64,000 nucleotides of DNA, from NCBI GenBank assembly GCA_963664115.2, contig CAXWPJ010000001.1, positions 53,844-117,843 on the forward strand. The letters are read 5' to 3'. Position 1 is the first letter of the stretch. The number at the start of each line of letters is the position of its first letter. Positions 30,754-41,184 of this stretch are shown here, piece by piece. The DNA is from Terriglobia bacterium. GTDB taxonomy: Bacteria; Acidobacteriota; Terriglobia; 20CM-2-55-15. The translations under genes and the position numbers were made by a program. The notes under the pieces are model-generated. The model was given only the letters and a program-made list of their open reading frames with translations, was not told where the DNA came from and ran no database searches.

Positions 30754-31338
30754 ATGAAATACGCGGGTTTTATGGCTCTGATAACGGTTCTCCTTGCTGC
30801 GGTCAGCGGCTGTGGTCCCGGCTTGTCGGCCCGCAACGCGCGTTCCCAGATTGCCCGCCTGGGAGCGGCCGAGCTTGTACCCTCAGACGTTGCCATCGAA
30901 CGGATCATCACGGAGGCCGGAGACCGCATGATCGCGGAGACCACGGTCAAGATGGCCTTTCAATTCGAGAGAGGCGAAGACGGAGAGTGGCAGATCGTGT
31001 CGGCGCGGCTGGGTGACCGTCAGTGGATCGATCTCGCAACATTCCTCACAGCTCTGGAGTCTCAGTTTGAGGATCAAACCTCGGATGCGATGGAGAGGCT
31101 GGCACTCGCCGTGGACGCATACCGGGATGAAAACGGCAGTCTTCCTGAAATCGCGCCGGATGACTACTTGTCGGATGTCTTACACCCACTCTTCATGCCG
31201 GACTTGATCCGGGACGATGCCTGGGGCAGCACAATTCGTTACGAGACGGACAACGGAAGTTATCAGCTCCGTTCTTCCGGGCCTGACGGTGTGGTGGGCA
31301 GCGCGGATGACATCATGGTGAGCCCAGCATTCAACTGA
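30754..31338 (+). CDS. lipoprotein with C-terminal GspG-like domain
   Basis: Lipobox VSGC; C-terminal DAWG...Y and LRSSGPDG..G.ADD. Confidence 0.65.
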   Translation: MKYAGFMALITVLLAAVSGCGPGLSARNARSQIARLGAAELVPSDVAIERIITEAGDRMIAETTVKMAFQFERGEDGEWQIVSARLGDRQWIDLATFLTALESQFEDQTSDAMERLALAVDAYRDENGSLPEIAPDDYLSDVLHPLFMPDLIRDDAWGSTIRYETDNGSYQLRSSGPDGVVGSADDIMVSPAFN

Positions 31339-31379
31339 CCGAAAAAACGACCCTTCCGGCGTGCTAGTATTATCTTCAT

Positions 31380-31973
31380 ATGGCAATTCGTAAAGTGGCG
31401 GAGGCGGCGCTGCCGACGAAATTCGGTACGTTCCGAATATTCGGTTTCGAGGACAAACCCGGCAACGAAAGCATCATAGCCCTGGTCATGGGCACACCCT
31501 GGACCCAACCGTCAGCGCTGGTCCGCATCCACTCCCAATGTCTCACCGGTGAGAACTTTTCTTCCTCACGGTGCGACTGCGGTGACCAACTCGAACTTGC
31601 CCTTCAGAGAATTTCCGAAGAGGGCGAGGGCGTTCTGATCTACCAGTTGGCTGAGGGTCGAGGGATCGGCCTCATGAACAAACTGCTGGCCTACGAACTG
31701 CAGGACTCCGGCCATGATACGGTCGAAGCCAATCACCAGTTGGGATTTGAAGCTGACGTGCGTTCCTATACGCTGTGCGTGGCGGTTTTAAACGAGTTCG
31801 ATATCCGAAGAATACGGCTGATGTCCAACAATCCGCGTAAGCTCGAGGCCCTGCAAAAGGCCGGCATCGAACAGGTCGAGCGTGTAGCTATCGAAATCTC
31901 GCCTTCAAACACGACCGAACATTACCTGCGGACAAAAAAAGACAAGCTCGGACACCTGTTGCGCAAAGTTTAA
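31380..31973 (+). CDS. ribA: GTP cyclohydrolase II
   Basis: RIHSQCLTG, RCDCG.QL, EGRGIGL.NK, NNPRK. Confidence 0.95.
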   Translation: MAIRKVAEAALPTKFGTFRIFGFEDKPGNESIIALVMGTPWTQPSALVRIHSQCLTGENFSSSRCDCGDQLELALQRISEEGEGVLIYQLAEGRGIGLMNKLLAYELQDSGHDTVEANHQLGFEADVRSYTLCVAVLNEFDIRRIRLMSNNPRKLEALQKAGIEQVERVAIEISPSNTTEHYLRTKKDKLGHLLRKV

Positions 31974-31996
31974 TTCCCTGCCGTAAGCGGACCCTG

Positions 31997-33331
31997 TCAC
32001 CAGGAGATATTTTTGAGGCGAGCGGCGATCGTTGCGGCTCGGGATACCAGTTCCGAGGCGTCCCGGTCCACGCGCCTGCCGCCCAGAAAAGTAGCGACGA
32101 CATTATTCCGGTTCGCCGAATAGACCATCGTCGCCACGGGATCGTAGACGGGTTGTAGCGCGGGGTCGTTCAGATCCACGACCGCCATGTCAGCCAGCTT
32201 GCCCCGCTCCAGGCTGCCGACATCCTTTTCCATGCCCAGAGCCCGGGCACCTCCGAGTGTCGCCAGATGGAGTGCCTCGGACGCACTGATCGGCATTGAG
32301 TCGATGGAGTTGCCTGCTCGCGTTCTCTGAAGAAAGGCAGCGGTACGCATCTCTTCAAACATGTCGACGGCGTTGTTGCTTGCCACGCTGTCGGTTCCGA
32401 GACCGACAGCGATATTGGATTCAAGGAATTCTTTCAATGGAGCGATCTGGTGGCCCAGTTTCAGGTTCGACTTCGGACAATGGGCAATTCCAACGCCGTT
32501 CTTTTTGAGCCGGGCGACATCGTCTGCGTCGCAATCGATGGCATGAATCACAAGCGTTCCGGTCCCCAGCACCTCCAAACTGTCGAGATAGGCAATAGGA
32601 GTCATTCCCCGAGCGGACACGGGTATGCCGCGGCCTTTCAGAAATTCGGCAAACGGACCGGTGCCCTTGCGGACGAATTCTCCTTCGGCCGCCGACTCCG
32701 CCAGATGGACGGCGATGGGAAGATTCTCTCTGGCGGCGTATCGTCTGACTTGTTGATACAGGCCGGCGGATACCGTGAAGGGCGCGTGGGGAGAAACTCC
32801 GATGCGGCATGTAGGTGAGGCCTGGTGGCGAAGCGTGTCGACTTTCTCTTCGAGCGCTTCGAGTGCCTCAGATGCGGAAGCTTCAGCCGGACCGAAAACT
32901 TCCTGATAGGCCACGCCCCGTAGACCCGATCGGGTCATGGCGTTCCAGCCGGCACCGACATCGGTCACCTCGCCGACTGTTGTCACTCCGGCCCGTAGGC
33001 ACTCGAGGGCACCGAGTTCGGCTGAGATCCTAAGATCCTCGTCACTGAGATGATCGTATTTCGCGCGAGTGAGGCGGCGTATCCATTCGAAAAACGGAAG
33101 GTTCTCAAGGAATCCCCGCAAGACGGTGAGTTCCAGATGGATGTGGGTGTTGACGAAACCCGGCAAAATGGCGCAACCGTCGAAGGACTCCACGGATATT
33201 CCGTCCGGCACGGTTGCCACGACATCCACAATGCGGGTCCCATCGATCAGGACGGCGCCATCCGGGACCGGGGGGCTCGCCACAGGACAGATCCAATCGG
33301 CGCGAATAGCCTGAATGCGGGAGTTGGGCAT
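31997..33331 (-). CDS. amidohydrolase (MTA/SAH-deaminase-like)
   Basis: PGFVNTHIH, SPHAP, HLAE, HCPKSN, GTDS, GSLE.GK.AD. Confidence 0.85.
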   Translation of the reverse strand: MPNSRIQAIRADWICPVASPPVPDGAVLIDGTRIVDVVATVPDGISVESFDGCAILPGFVNTHIHLELTVLRGFLENLPFFEWIRRLTRAKYDHLSDEDLRISAELGALECLRAGVTTVGEVTDVGAGWNAMTRSGLRGVAYQEVFGPAEASASEALEALEEKVDTLRHQASPTCRIGVSPHAPFTVSAGLYQQVRRYAARENLPIAVHLAESAAEGEFVRKGTGPFAEFLKGRGIPVSARGMTPIAYLDSLEVLGTGTLVIHAIDCDADDVARLKKNGVGIAHCPKSNLKLGHQIAPLKEFLESNIAVGLGTDSVASNNAVDMFEEMRTAAFLQRTRAGNSIDSMPISASEALHLATLGGARALGMEKDVGSLERGKLADMAVVDLNDPALQPVYDPVATMVYSANRNNVVATFLGGRRVDRDASELVSRAATIAARLKNISW

Positions 33332-33342
33332 GAGCGCCGGGT

Positions 33343-34146
33343 CTACTTGCCCTTCTTCTTGGCCTGTTGCCAGAGAGATTCCATTTCTTCAAGGGACCAT
33401 TCGGAACGGGCCTTACCTGCTCGAACCAGCGCCTGTTCCACGTACTCGAACCGAGACCGGAATTTTCGATTTGCGCTCTTGAGCGCCGACTCGCTATCCA
33501 ATTCCAGAAATCGCGCGATGTTGACCAGTACGAAGAAGGTGTCACCCAGTTCACTCTCGATGGCATCACGATGCGTTGCACCGTCAGTCCGCGCTATCTC
33601 ATCCCTCAGTTCCTGAATTTCTTCCTGAAGCTTGTCGAATACGGCATCGATTTCGGGCCATTCAAAGCCCGCACGGGCCACCCGGGAAGAAATTTTGTGT
33701 GCTTCGTGCAGTGCGGGAAGCTTTCGCGGAATCCCGTCGAGCAGGGCGGGCGAATCCCCGGCTCCTTTGCTAGCTTTTTCCTGACGCTTGATAGCCTCCC
33801 AGTTGTCCACAACGTCACGGGCACTTGTGGCTTCTTCATCGCCAAACACGTGGGGATGTCGCCGGATCAGCTTTTCCGAAATGCTGTCAATGACATCATC
33901 AATTTGAAATCGACCCAGTTCCTCTCCCAGGCGCGCATGGAAGACCACATGTAACAGTAGATCTCCGAGTTCTTCGGCCAGACCCTGATAGTCCTCCGCA
34001 TCGATCGCTTCGAGGACTTCATAGACTTCTTCAACAAGCATCGGTTTCAAAGACTTGAAATCCTGCTCCCGGTCCCAGGGACAGCCGTCAGGACCCCTCA
34101 GCCTGGCCATAATCTGAACCAGCCCTTCAAACTTGCCGCCCGTCAT
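33343..34146 (-). CDS. mazG: nucleoside triphosphate pyrophosphohydrolase
   Basis: GCPWD, EELGDLL, KLIRRHPHVF, ELGD, KFRSRF. Confidence 0.95.
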   Translation of the reverse strand: MTGGKFEGLVQIMARLRGPDGCPWDREQDFKSLKPMLVEEVYEVLEAIDAEDYQGLAEELGDLLLHVVFHARLGEELGRFQIDDVIDSISEKLIRRHPHVFGDEEATSARDVVDNWEAIKRQEKASKGAGDSPALLDGIPRKLPALHEAHKISSRVARAGFEWPEIDAVFDKLQEEIQELRDEIARTDGATHRDAIESELGDTFFVLVNIARFLELDSESALKSANRKFRSRFEYVEQALVRAGKARSEWSLEEMESLWQQAKKKGK

Positions 34147-34529
34147 CCTGCCTCCCTGTAAAAGTGGTTATTATAACGTCATCCAATAGATTGAATGACT
34201 TATCTGGCCCTCGGTGTGGATAAAATGCGGATAGGGCCCGGCAGCGGAAGATCGAAGTGCAGAAACGCATTTGAAATTTCGTTTTCACCGCCTCCGCGAC
34301 TTTCCGTCGCCCTTTCGCCCCACAGCCGCAGAACGCGACAGCTAAACGATTCTTCCGATCCTCGGCTGCGATTGGCGATTTCCCCTCTGTCCTCCAGTAT
34401 CTTTTTGTGATCGACATCACGGAAGACAATAGGCTATAAACGGATCACGAGACCGCGTCACAATCCTGGCCTGTGCTTTTTTGGCACATTCAGAAAGAAA
34501 GGCGCAGGTTGCCGTGAGGAGTCCACACG

Positions 34530-35114
34530 ATGAAAATGAATCTAGTTGCCCGGTGCCTGTGTCTAGCAAGCGCTCTTCTAATGATTTCATCCACGACGAA
34601 TGCCCAGACGCCAACGAGTGGGGGACGAAGAACCGAGTTGGAATATCTGGAGAGAGGTTTCGATCTGCCGGGAATCGATGTGCCAAGAGAACCCGAGCTG
34701 TTCTGGGAAACACCCGAAGGAAAGCTCAGGTACGAACAGAATCAAGCGGAACGACTCGCGGAGAACACAGAGCAGCTGGCGGAGCTGGGGAAAGAAGACT
34801 GGACCGGTCAATATGATTCGCTGTCAGACACTCGGACTCGCCAAGACTTCGAGAATCGGACAGAAGTTTTAGAGAACGTCGCCGACGACATGAGCAAATA
34901 CTTCGAGTGGAAGTTTGACGCGGAGCCCGTCGAAGTTGACGCACCTTCCGAGGAAGGACTTAGAGATCAATTGGTGCAGATCACTCCGATGGTGGAGCAG
35001 ATAGTGGAAACAATCTCGACGTTGGCAAGCGGTGGCATTAATGTTCAAGAGTTCGTTGCAATGCGGAGAAACCTTGCTTACATACACGCGCTCGCCCAGG
35101 TTTTGCGCGACTGA
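34530..35114 (+). CDS. exported hypothetical protein
   Basis: GAGGAG RBS, signal peptide, acidic helical sequence; no family recognised. Confidence 0.6.
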   Translation: MKMNLVARCLCLASALLMISSTTNAQTPTSGGRRTELEYLERGFDLPGIDVPREPELFWETPEGKLRYEQNQAERLAENTEQLAELGKEDWTGQYDSLSDTRTRQDFENRTEVLENVADDMSKYFEWKFDAEPVEVDAPSEEGLRDQLVQITPMVEQIVETISTLASGGINVQEFVAMRRNLAYIHALAQVLRD

Positions 35115-35421
35115 GACTGACGTAATCAATTACAAGTTCTGATACGGGAGAAAATCATTTCGTCGCCCTTCCCGCGACAGCAACGCCAAAGCAACAGCTG
35201 CCCCTCACCCCCGGGCAGGCGTCTGCGGTTGGCACTCTACGCATATAGCTGCAATCACGCCAAGCCCGGACCTATCCACGTCGATACCTATCTCAAGTTA
35301 CCGGGCGCTAGCGGAGCGGCCCAGCTTGCCTCCCGACGGGCTCCGTAAACGTCGCCTCGAACAGAATGTTTGCCTGGCGGTGGCGTCTCGTAGTATGAAG
35401 GGGGCCTTTGAAGGGGGCATC

Positions 35422-36342
35422 ATGAGACACATGAATCAGACCTTGCGGCTGATGGCGGCCGGCTGGATGGTGCTGGGGCTGACCGCCGTCCAGGCGACAG
35501 CTCAGACGCCGGCAGGTGCGGAGACGTGGGCTTCGGTGGCCGCAGGCCTCGAAGATGAGCGCGGAAACGAGGAACTGCAGCGCGTTCCGCCGTTCAAGGT
35601 GTTCGACAACCTCTATTACGTGGGCGTCGGCTACACGGGAAGCTGGCTGCTCACCACCGACGACGGGCTGATCGTGCTAGACGCGGTCGATCAGCGCTAT
35701 GCGGATCACCTGATCTCGAGCATCCGGGGGCTCGGCTTCGATCCGGACGACGTCAGGTATCTGATCATCGGCCAGGCGCATGCCGACCATCTGGGCGCCG
35801 CGGCGACGCTCCAGAACGACCATGGCACCACGGTGGGTATGGGCGAGCAGGACTGGGTCTTCATGGAAGAGACGGCGGCTGCGGGCCGTTTGAGGGCGGA
35901 CGCGCCGAGCCGGGACCTCGTGATTCGTGAAGGGGACACGCTGACTTTGGGAGGCACGACGCTGCGGTTCTACTCGACCCCCGGTCACACGCCGGGCACG
36001 ACCTCCTACGAGTTCCCGGTCTACGACAATGGAACGGAGCACCTGGCGTTCGTGTTTGGAGGCTCGGCGCCGGCCAGAGGCCTGGAGGCGGCCGAGCAGT
36101 TCATGAAGACGGTGGAGCGGATCGAGCAGCTGCAGGACCGCGTTGAGGTCAGCGTGGTGAATCACCCGTGGCGCCAAATGGATCCCGAATTCTGGAATCG
36201 CGTCGACCGGCTCCAGCACCGCCAGGCGGGCGATCCCCACCCGTTCGTTGATCCGGCGCGATTCCGAGCGTGGATAGCGGAGACGATGGTGGAAGCCACG
36301 ACGGCGCTCGAGGCGGCACGCGCGGAGGGGGCCGGCGGCTAG
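35422..36342 (+). CDS. subclass B3-like metallo-beta-lactamase-fold protein
   Basis: PFKVFDNLYYVG, QAHADH, TPGHTPG, NHP; signal peptide. Confidence 0.8.
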   Translation: MRHMNQTLRLMAAGWMVLGLTAVQATAQTPAGAETWASVAAGLEDERGNEELQRVPPFKVFDNLYYVGVGYTGSWLLTTDDGLIVLDAVDQRYADHLISSIRGLGFDPDDVRYLIIGQAHADHLGAAATLQNDHGTTVGMGEQDWVFMEETAAAGRLRADAPSRDLVIREGDTLTLGGTTLRFYSTPGHTPGTTSYEFPVYDNGTEHLAFVFGGSAPARGLEAAEQFMKTVERIEQLQDRVEVSVVNHPWRQMDPEFWNRVDRLQHRQAGDPHPFVDPARFRAWIAETMVEATTALEAARAEGAGG

Positions 36343-36449
36343 CTCCGGCGTTGTTGCTTGGCAGCCTGGCGAGGCGCTGCACCTCGGCGGGTGCTGCGAT
36401 CAGAGAATCGAGGGCCTGGACCACTTGTCCAAGACTCTGAAATCCACTG

Positions 36450-36483
36450 TCAACGCCTCACAAGTCACCTTCTCGGACGTTGA
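36450..36483. repeat. 34-bp palindromic dif-like site, copy A
   Basis: TCAACGCCTCACAA-GTCACC-TTCTCGGACGTTGA, followed by GAATTG as in copy B. Confidence 0.65.
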
Positions 36484-36492
36484 GAATTGCCA

Positions 36493-38742
36493 ATGTACGG
36501 AGGTTCGATCCGATTGCAACGAGTCCTTCATCTCGTTCTCACGTGCGGCTTGCTGTGTGCCGCATGGCCAAGGCCTGCAACAGGCCAAGTGCCTGACGCC
36601 GTCCCTCGCATCACAGTAGGTCGCACCGCGGAAGGGGAGCGCCCGATTATTGACGGACGCGTCGATGATGGAGTCTGGGTGGCCGCACAGCCATTCAGCG
36701 ATTTCATCCAGCAGGAGCCGAACGAAGGCGAGCCCGCCACGGAACGCACTGTAATCCGGTTTCTGCTTGACAGCGAGAACCTTTATATCGCAGTCATCTG
36801 CTTCGACTCCGAACCCGGCCAGATCATCGTCAGCGAGAGCCGCCGCGATGCCGATCTGGGCGATACCGATTCCATCCGGATACTGCTCGACACATTCAAC
36901 GACGGACAAAACGCGTTCGTCTTTGGAACGAATCCGTTCGGGATCGAGTACGACGGTCAGGTCATGGCCGAAGGCCAGGCCGGCCGTGGAGGGCAGGGAT
37001 TCAATGTGAACTGGGATGCCGACTGGGTCGTTGGCACTCAAATAACCGAGCGCGGCTGGGAGGCCGAGTTTGCCATTCCACTCAGGACCTTGAGGTATAA
37101 CCCGGGACAGGAGCGCACCTGGGGCGTAAATACCGTGCGCAATATTCGCCGTAAGAATGAACAGGTGTTCCTGTCTCGGGTACCCCGAGGCTATGACCTG
37201 AATAGGGTTTCCGTAGCCGGCAAACTCGATGGTCTGGACCTGCCGGCGCGGCGAGATCTGACGCTGTTGCCGTATGTATCCGGCTCCGTAATCGACGACA
37301 GAATCCTGCGACCCGACAACGCGCGCCGCAGCGGCGACGTCGGCTTGGATCTCAAGTGGGGCGTCCGCGCCGATCTCACGCTGGATCTGACGTTGAATAC
37401 CGATTTTGCGCAGGTTGAAGCCGACGAACAGCAGGTCAACCTGACACGCTTTCCGCTGTTCTTTCCCGAAAAGCGGCCGTTCTTCCTTGAAAATGCCCAA
37501 CTCTTTCAAGTGGGACAGGGTCGGACTGTCGATCTCTTCTTCTCACGGCGAATCGGCCTCTCACCCAACGGCGAACCGTTACCGATCCGGGCAGGCGCAA
37601 GGCTCAGCGGCAAATTGGGAGGATACAACGTCGGACTGCTCAATATGCAGACCGCTGAGAAGATAGACGAACGAACCGGACAGACGCTGCCCGCCAACAA
37701 CTTCACGGTGCTGCGCATCCAGCGGGAATTCGGCCGGTCCAACTTCGGGGCGATATATGTGGGCCGCGAGGCGCTCGGCGACCACGCGTCGGAGGACCCT
37801 TACAACCGCGCATACGCCGTCGATCTCGGCTGGCAGGCAACGACCAACGGGCGATTATCTGCGTTCTTCGCTCGAACGGATTCGCCTCCGAGCAAAGGCG
37901 CGTCCGATTACGCTGGCCGCGCGGCGTACTCCTACACGAACGAACTCTGGAGCGCCACTGGCGCTTATGCGCAAGTCGGCGATCGCTTCAATCCCGAAGT
38001 CGGATTCCTGCGACGGCGGGGCTATCGCCAGCTTGAAGGGCGCTTCAACCTCAGTTACCCGCCAGAACGGTGGCCGTGGATCCGCCGGATCCAGCCACAT
38101 GCCAACTTCAGCGCTTATTTCAACTTGGACGACGAGCTGGAAAGCTCACAGGGACACTGGCACGTTTTCGACATCAGGACTCAGACCGGTGCCCGATTCG
38201 GGTATCTTTTCGAGACACAGCAGGACCGGCCCAAGCGCCCGTTCACGGTGTACGAGGACGTCACAGGGCAGAGCGTTGCCATCCCTCCCGGCCATTACGC
38301 GTGGACCAGAGGCGTTTTCGAGGGAAACACGAACCTAAGCGCCCCGTTGAGCGTTGCCTTGCGGCATCGTATAGGTAGCTTCTATGACGGTGATTATCAC
38401 GGCTGGGAGCTCACCGTTCGGATGCGTGCGGGTGCAAGGTTGATATCCGAGATCGGGTGGGATCGTGACGATGTCACGCTGCCGGGCGGCAAATTCATAA
38501 ACGATCTGGTGCCGATTCGGGTGAGTTATGCGTTCACGAGTCTGGCAAGTCTGCAGGGATTGATCCAGTACAACCGTCAGACCTCGACGATTTCCTCAAA
38601 TGTCCGCCTTGCGTTGCTGACCCGCAGTAGCACGGGCTTATTCATCGTCTACAACGATCGCCGCGAGACTTCCTCCCTGACCCCAGACGGATTGCTGGGT
38701 CGGTCGTTCACCGTCAAGTACACTCGCCTGTTTGATTTTTAG
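36493..38742 (+). CDS. outer-membrane protein with CBM9-like N-terminus (DUF5916-like)
   Basis: P.IDG..DD..W, GWEAEFAIP, NTDFAQVEAD, F.EKRPFFLE, LFFSRRIG; ends in Phe as for a beta-barrel. Confidence 0.8.
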   Translation: MYGGSIRLQRVLHLVLTCGLLCAAWPRPATGQVPDAVPRITVGRTAEGERPIIDGRVDDGVWVAAQPFSDFIQQEPNEGEPATERTVIRFLLDSENLYIAVICFDSEPGQIIVSESRRDADLGDTDSIRILLDTFNDGQNAFVFGTNPFGIEYDGQVMAEGQAGRGGQGFNVNWDADWVVGTQITERGWEAEFAIPLRTLRYNPGQERTWGVNTVRNIRRKNEQVFLSRVPRGYDLNRVSVAGKLDGLDLPARRDLTLLPYVSGSVIDDRILRPDNARRSGDVGLDLKWGVRADLTLDLTLNTDFAQVEADEQQVNLTRFPLFFPEKRPFFLENAQLFQVGQGRTVDLFFSRRIGLSPNGEPLPIRAGARLSGKLGGYNVGLLNMQTAEKIDERTGQTLPANNFTVLRIQREFGRSNFGAIYVGREALGDHASEDPYNRAYAVDLGWQATTNGRLSAFFARTDSPPSKGASDYAGRAAYSYTNELWSATGAYAQVGDRFNPEVGFLRRRGYRQLEGRFNLSYPPERWPWIRRIQPHANFSAYFNLDDELESSQGHWHVFDIRTQTGARFGYLFETQQDRPKRPFTVYEDVTGQSVAIPPGHYAWTRGVFEGNTNLSAPLSVALRHRIGSFYDGDYHGWELTVRMRAGARLISEIGWDRDDVTLPGGKFINDLVPIRVSYAFTSLASLQGLIQYNRQTSTISSNVRLALLTRSSTGLFIVYNDRRETSSLTPDGLLGRSFTVKYTRLFDF

Positions 38743-38863
38743 TTGTCCGTTACAACCGTGCTTTGAAGACTTGCATCAATAGGTAACCGTTTCTCCCTTC
38801 AGATAAAGCAGATGCCTCGGTGATCCGTCGTTCTTGCTGTCTGTTCCGGAGTCAGCTAAGAGG

Positions 38864-38962
38864 CAGGGTTTCCTCATACTGCAAGGCGAAAACACAGATC
38901 CTCGGATCAATATCGTCCTCAATCGGTTTGAAGAACTGAAGAAAGGGATCCCCGTGCCCTAA
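38864..38962 (+). pseudogene. C-terminal fragment resembling acidobacterial Ser/Thr kinase-beta-propeller proteins
   Basis: QGFLILQGENTDPRINIVLNRFEELKKGIPVP* resembles the IxVVLNWFEELK tail (recalled, not searched). Confidence 0.55.
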
Positions 38963-38971
38963 TTTTCCGGA

Positions 38972-39005
38972 TCAAGTCCCGAGAAATCATCTTGTCGGAC
39001 GTTGA
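38972..39005. repeat. 34-bp palindromic dif-like site, copy B
   Basis: TCAAGTCCCGAGAA-ATCATC-TTGTCGGACGTTGA. Confidence 0.7.
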
Positions 39006-39121
39006 GAATTGAACGTACCACTTGTCCGGTTAGGGGGTTAGAACTAAGCCGCAGGCGCTCGGAGTCGGCGTACAGCAGATAGAGTCTGTCCCATAAAGTA
39101 GCGGTCATAAGGAGGTGTCTT

Positions 39122-40003
39122 ATGACCCAACTACGAGAACGGATGCTGGAGGAACTCCAGCGACGGAACTATTCCCCGGCCACGAGTCGTGGCTACATTC
39201 TGGCAGTCGAACAATTCGCGAATTACTTCGGCAAGTCTCCGGCCTTGATGGGAGCCGAGGAGGTACGGCGTTTTCAGCTGTACTTACTGACCGAAAAGAA
39301 GCTGGCGGCGAGTACGGTCGGGATGCGGACCTCGGCGATACGATTCCTTTACAAGAAGGTGCTGCTGCGACGTGCGGATCTGGAACTGGATGATCTGCCC
39401 ATGCCCAAGAGTGCGCGGAAACTACCCACGATCCTGGGTCCGTCTGAAGTCCGCCGGTTGATCCAAGCCGCATTGAGTCCGATGCACCGGGCCATCCTGA
39501 TGGTGCTCTACGGGACCGGGATGCGACGGGCCGAAGCCGCCGTGTTGAAGGTGGCCGACATCGACAGTGAACGGATGCTGGTGCATATCCGCGACGGGAA
39601 AGGGCGTCGGGACCGGGATGTCCCGTTGAGTCGCAATCTGCTTGAAGCGTTACGGGGGTACTGGTTATTGAAAAAGCCCGAGGTCTATCTGTTTCACAGC
39701 AGTGCAGGACACCGGGGCACGGATGCTCCGATCTCGGACAAGGTGGTCTGGCATGCCGTTCATGGGGCCGCCCAGCGTGCGGGTCTGACCCAGAGGATCG
39801 GTCCGCACACGCTACGGCACAGCTTCGCGACCCACCTGCTAGAGTCCGGGACCGACTTGCGCACGATCCAGCTCTTGATGGGACACAGTCGGCTCAGCGA
39901 TACCACGCTCTACCTGCAACTGTCCCGGCGCCATCTTCGAACCGCGCGCAATCCTCTGGATCAGTTGAAGCTTTCACCTGTGGTTAAGGATCCAAAGAAG
40001 TGA
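39122..40003 (+). CDS. tyrosine recombinase (Xer/integrase-like)
   Basis: Intact catalytic set: GMRRAE, GKG, HTLRHSFATH, LMGH, TTLY; AGGAGG RBS. Confidence 0.95.
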   Translation: MTQLRERMLEELQRRNYSPATSRGYILAVEQFANYFGKSPALMGAEEVRRFQLYLLTEKKLAASTVGMRTSAIRFLYKKVLLRRADLELDDLPMPKSARKLPTILGPSEVRRLIQAALSPMHRAILMVLYGTGMRRAEAAVLKVADIDSERMLVHIRDGKGRRDRDVPLSRNLLEALRGYWLLKKPEVYLFHSSAGHRGTDAPISDKVVWHAVHGAAQRAGLTQRIGPHTLRHSFATHLLESGTDLRTIQLLMGHSRLSDTTLYLQLSRRHLRTARNPLDQLKLSPVVKDPKK

Positions 40004-41184
40004 GCCGGCCACCCTTTGAGGTGGCTGACGTGATTCGCATCGTCGGAGACCGATTCCGACAACGGTATTTGAAAGCGCTGGCCTGGCCCCAGGTCAAGGT
40101 CCTCAACGCGATTACCCATTGCCGGACCGCCGCACTGGGCGGGAACCGGAAACGATGCGACCACTGTGGCCACCAAACGCTGGTCTACCACTCGTGCCGG
40201 AACCGCCACTGCCCGAAGTGCCAGACCAATGCGCGGAACACCTGGGTCGAGAAACGGCAACAGGAACTGCTACCGATCGGATACTTCCATCTGGTCTTCA
40301 GCCTGCCCCATCAGTTGATCCCATTGATCTGGCAGAACAAGAAGGTGCTCTATGCGCTTCTGTTCCGAACCAGTGCGGCGGCGCTGATCGAAGTGGCCCG
40401 AAACCCCAGGTATCTGGGCGGCGAGATCGGATTCCTCAGCATCCTGCATACCTGGGGACAAACCCTGCAACGCCATCCCCATATCCACTGTGTGGTTCCC
40501 GGTGGCGGACTGTCCCCGGATCACGACCGGTGGATCCACTCCTCCCGGACCGACTTCTTCCTCCCGGTCCAGAAGCTCAGCTACGTTTTCAGAGAAAAGT
40601 TTCTCGACGGTTTAGCCGAAGCCTTCGGAAACAAGACGCTCGTTTTCCATGGGGAGTGTCTGGAACTGGCCACCGAATCCACCTTCGAGCGGTTCCTCGA
40701 CGATCTGAAGGATCGGAACTGGGTGGTGTACGCCAAAGAACCATTCGGCGGACCCCAACACGTCCTTCAGTACCTGGCCCGCTATACCCATCGGGTGGCC
40801 ATCTCGAATCATCGCATCCTCGATGTCAACCAATCCGGCGTTACATTCCGCTGGAAGGACTATCGCCACAATGGCCGTCCACGAACAATGACACTCCAAC
40901 CCGAAGAGTTCCTCCGTCGATTCCTCCTGCATGTCTTACCGAAAGGCTTTCCCCGCATCCGGTACTACGGATGGATGGCAAATCGGAAACGCAAGACGAT
41001 GCTGGAACTCTGTCGGCACCTCTTAGGTCAGGAGTCCATCACCGAGCCGGAGTCCGAGGCGGGTGCTACCCCACCGGCACCGTGTCCGATCTGCCGGGGA
41101 CCGATGCGTCTGGTCGAGCGATTAACCGCGGCACAGCTCGCCGCTCTCGAATCAAAGGAGGTTCCAATTCAGGATAGTGCGTAG
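40000..41184 (+). CDS. IS91-family (Y2, HUH) transposase
   Basis: Zn-binding CDHC and SCRNRHCPKC, HTWG..L..HPHIH (HUH), YLARY, HVLPKGF.RIRYYG; overlaps the recombinase stop (GTGA). Confidence 0.95.
   Translation: MSRPPFEVADVIRIVGDRFRQRYLKALAWPQVKVLNAITHCRTAALGGNRKRCDHCGHQTLVYHSCRNRHCPKCQTNARNTWVEKRQQELLPIGYFHLVFSLPHQLIPLIWQNKKVLYALLFRTSAAALIEVARNPRYLGGEIGFLSILHTWGQTLQRHPHIHCVVPGGGLSPDHDRWIHSSRTDFFLPVQKLSYVFREKFLDGLAEAFGNKTLVFHGECLELATESTFERFLDDLKDRNWVVYAKEPFGGPQHVLQYLARYTHRVAISNHRILDVNQSGVTFRWKDYRHNGRPRTMTLQPEEFLRRFLLHVLPKGFPRIRYYGWMANRKRKTMLELCRHLLGQESITEPESEAGATPPAPCPICRGPMRLVERLTAAQLAALESKEVPIQDSA

Noticed and set aside
34215-34223. Perfect DnaA box TGTGGATAA
   Set aside because: Single copy, with no box cluster, unwinding element or dnaA/dnaN context, so not called oriC.
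40119-41177. 352-aa alternative-frame ORF inside the IS91 transposase (also 52658-53716)
   Set aside because: Pro/Arg-rich with no motif or RBS; it recurs only because the element is duplicated.
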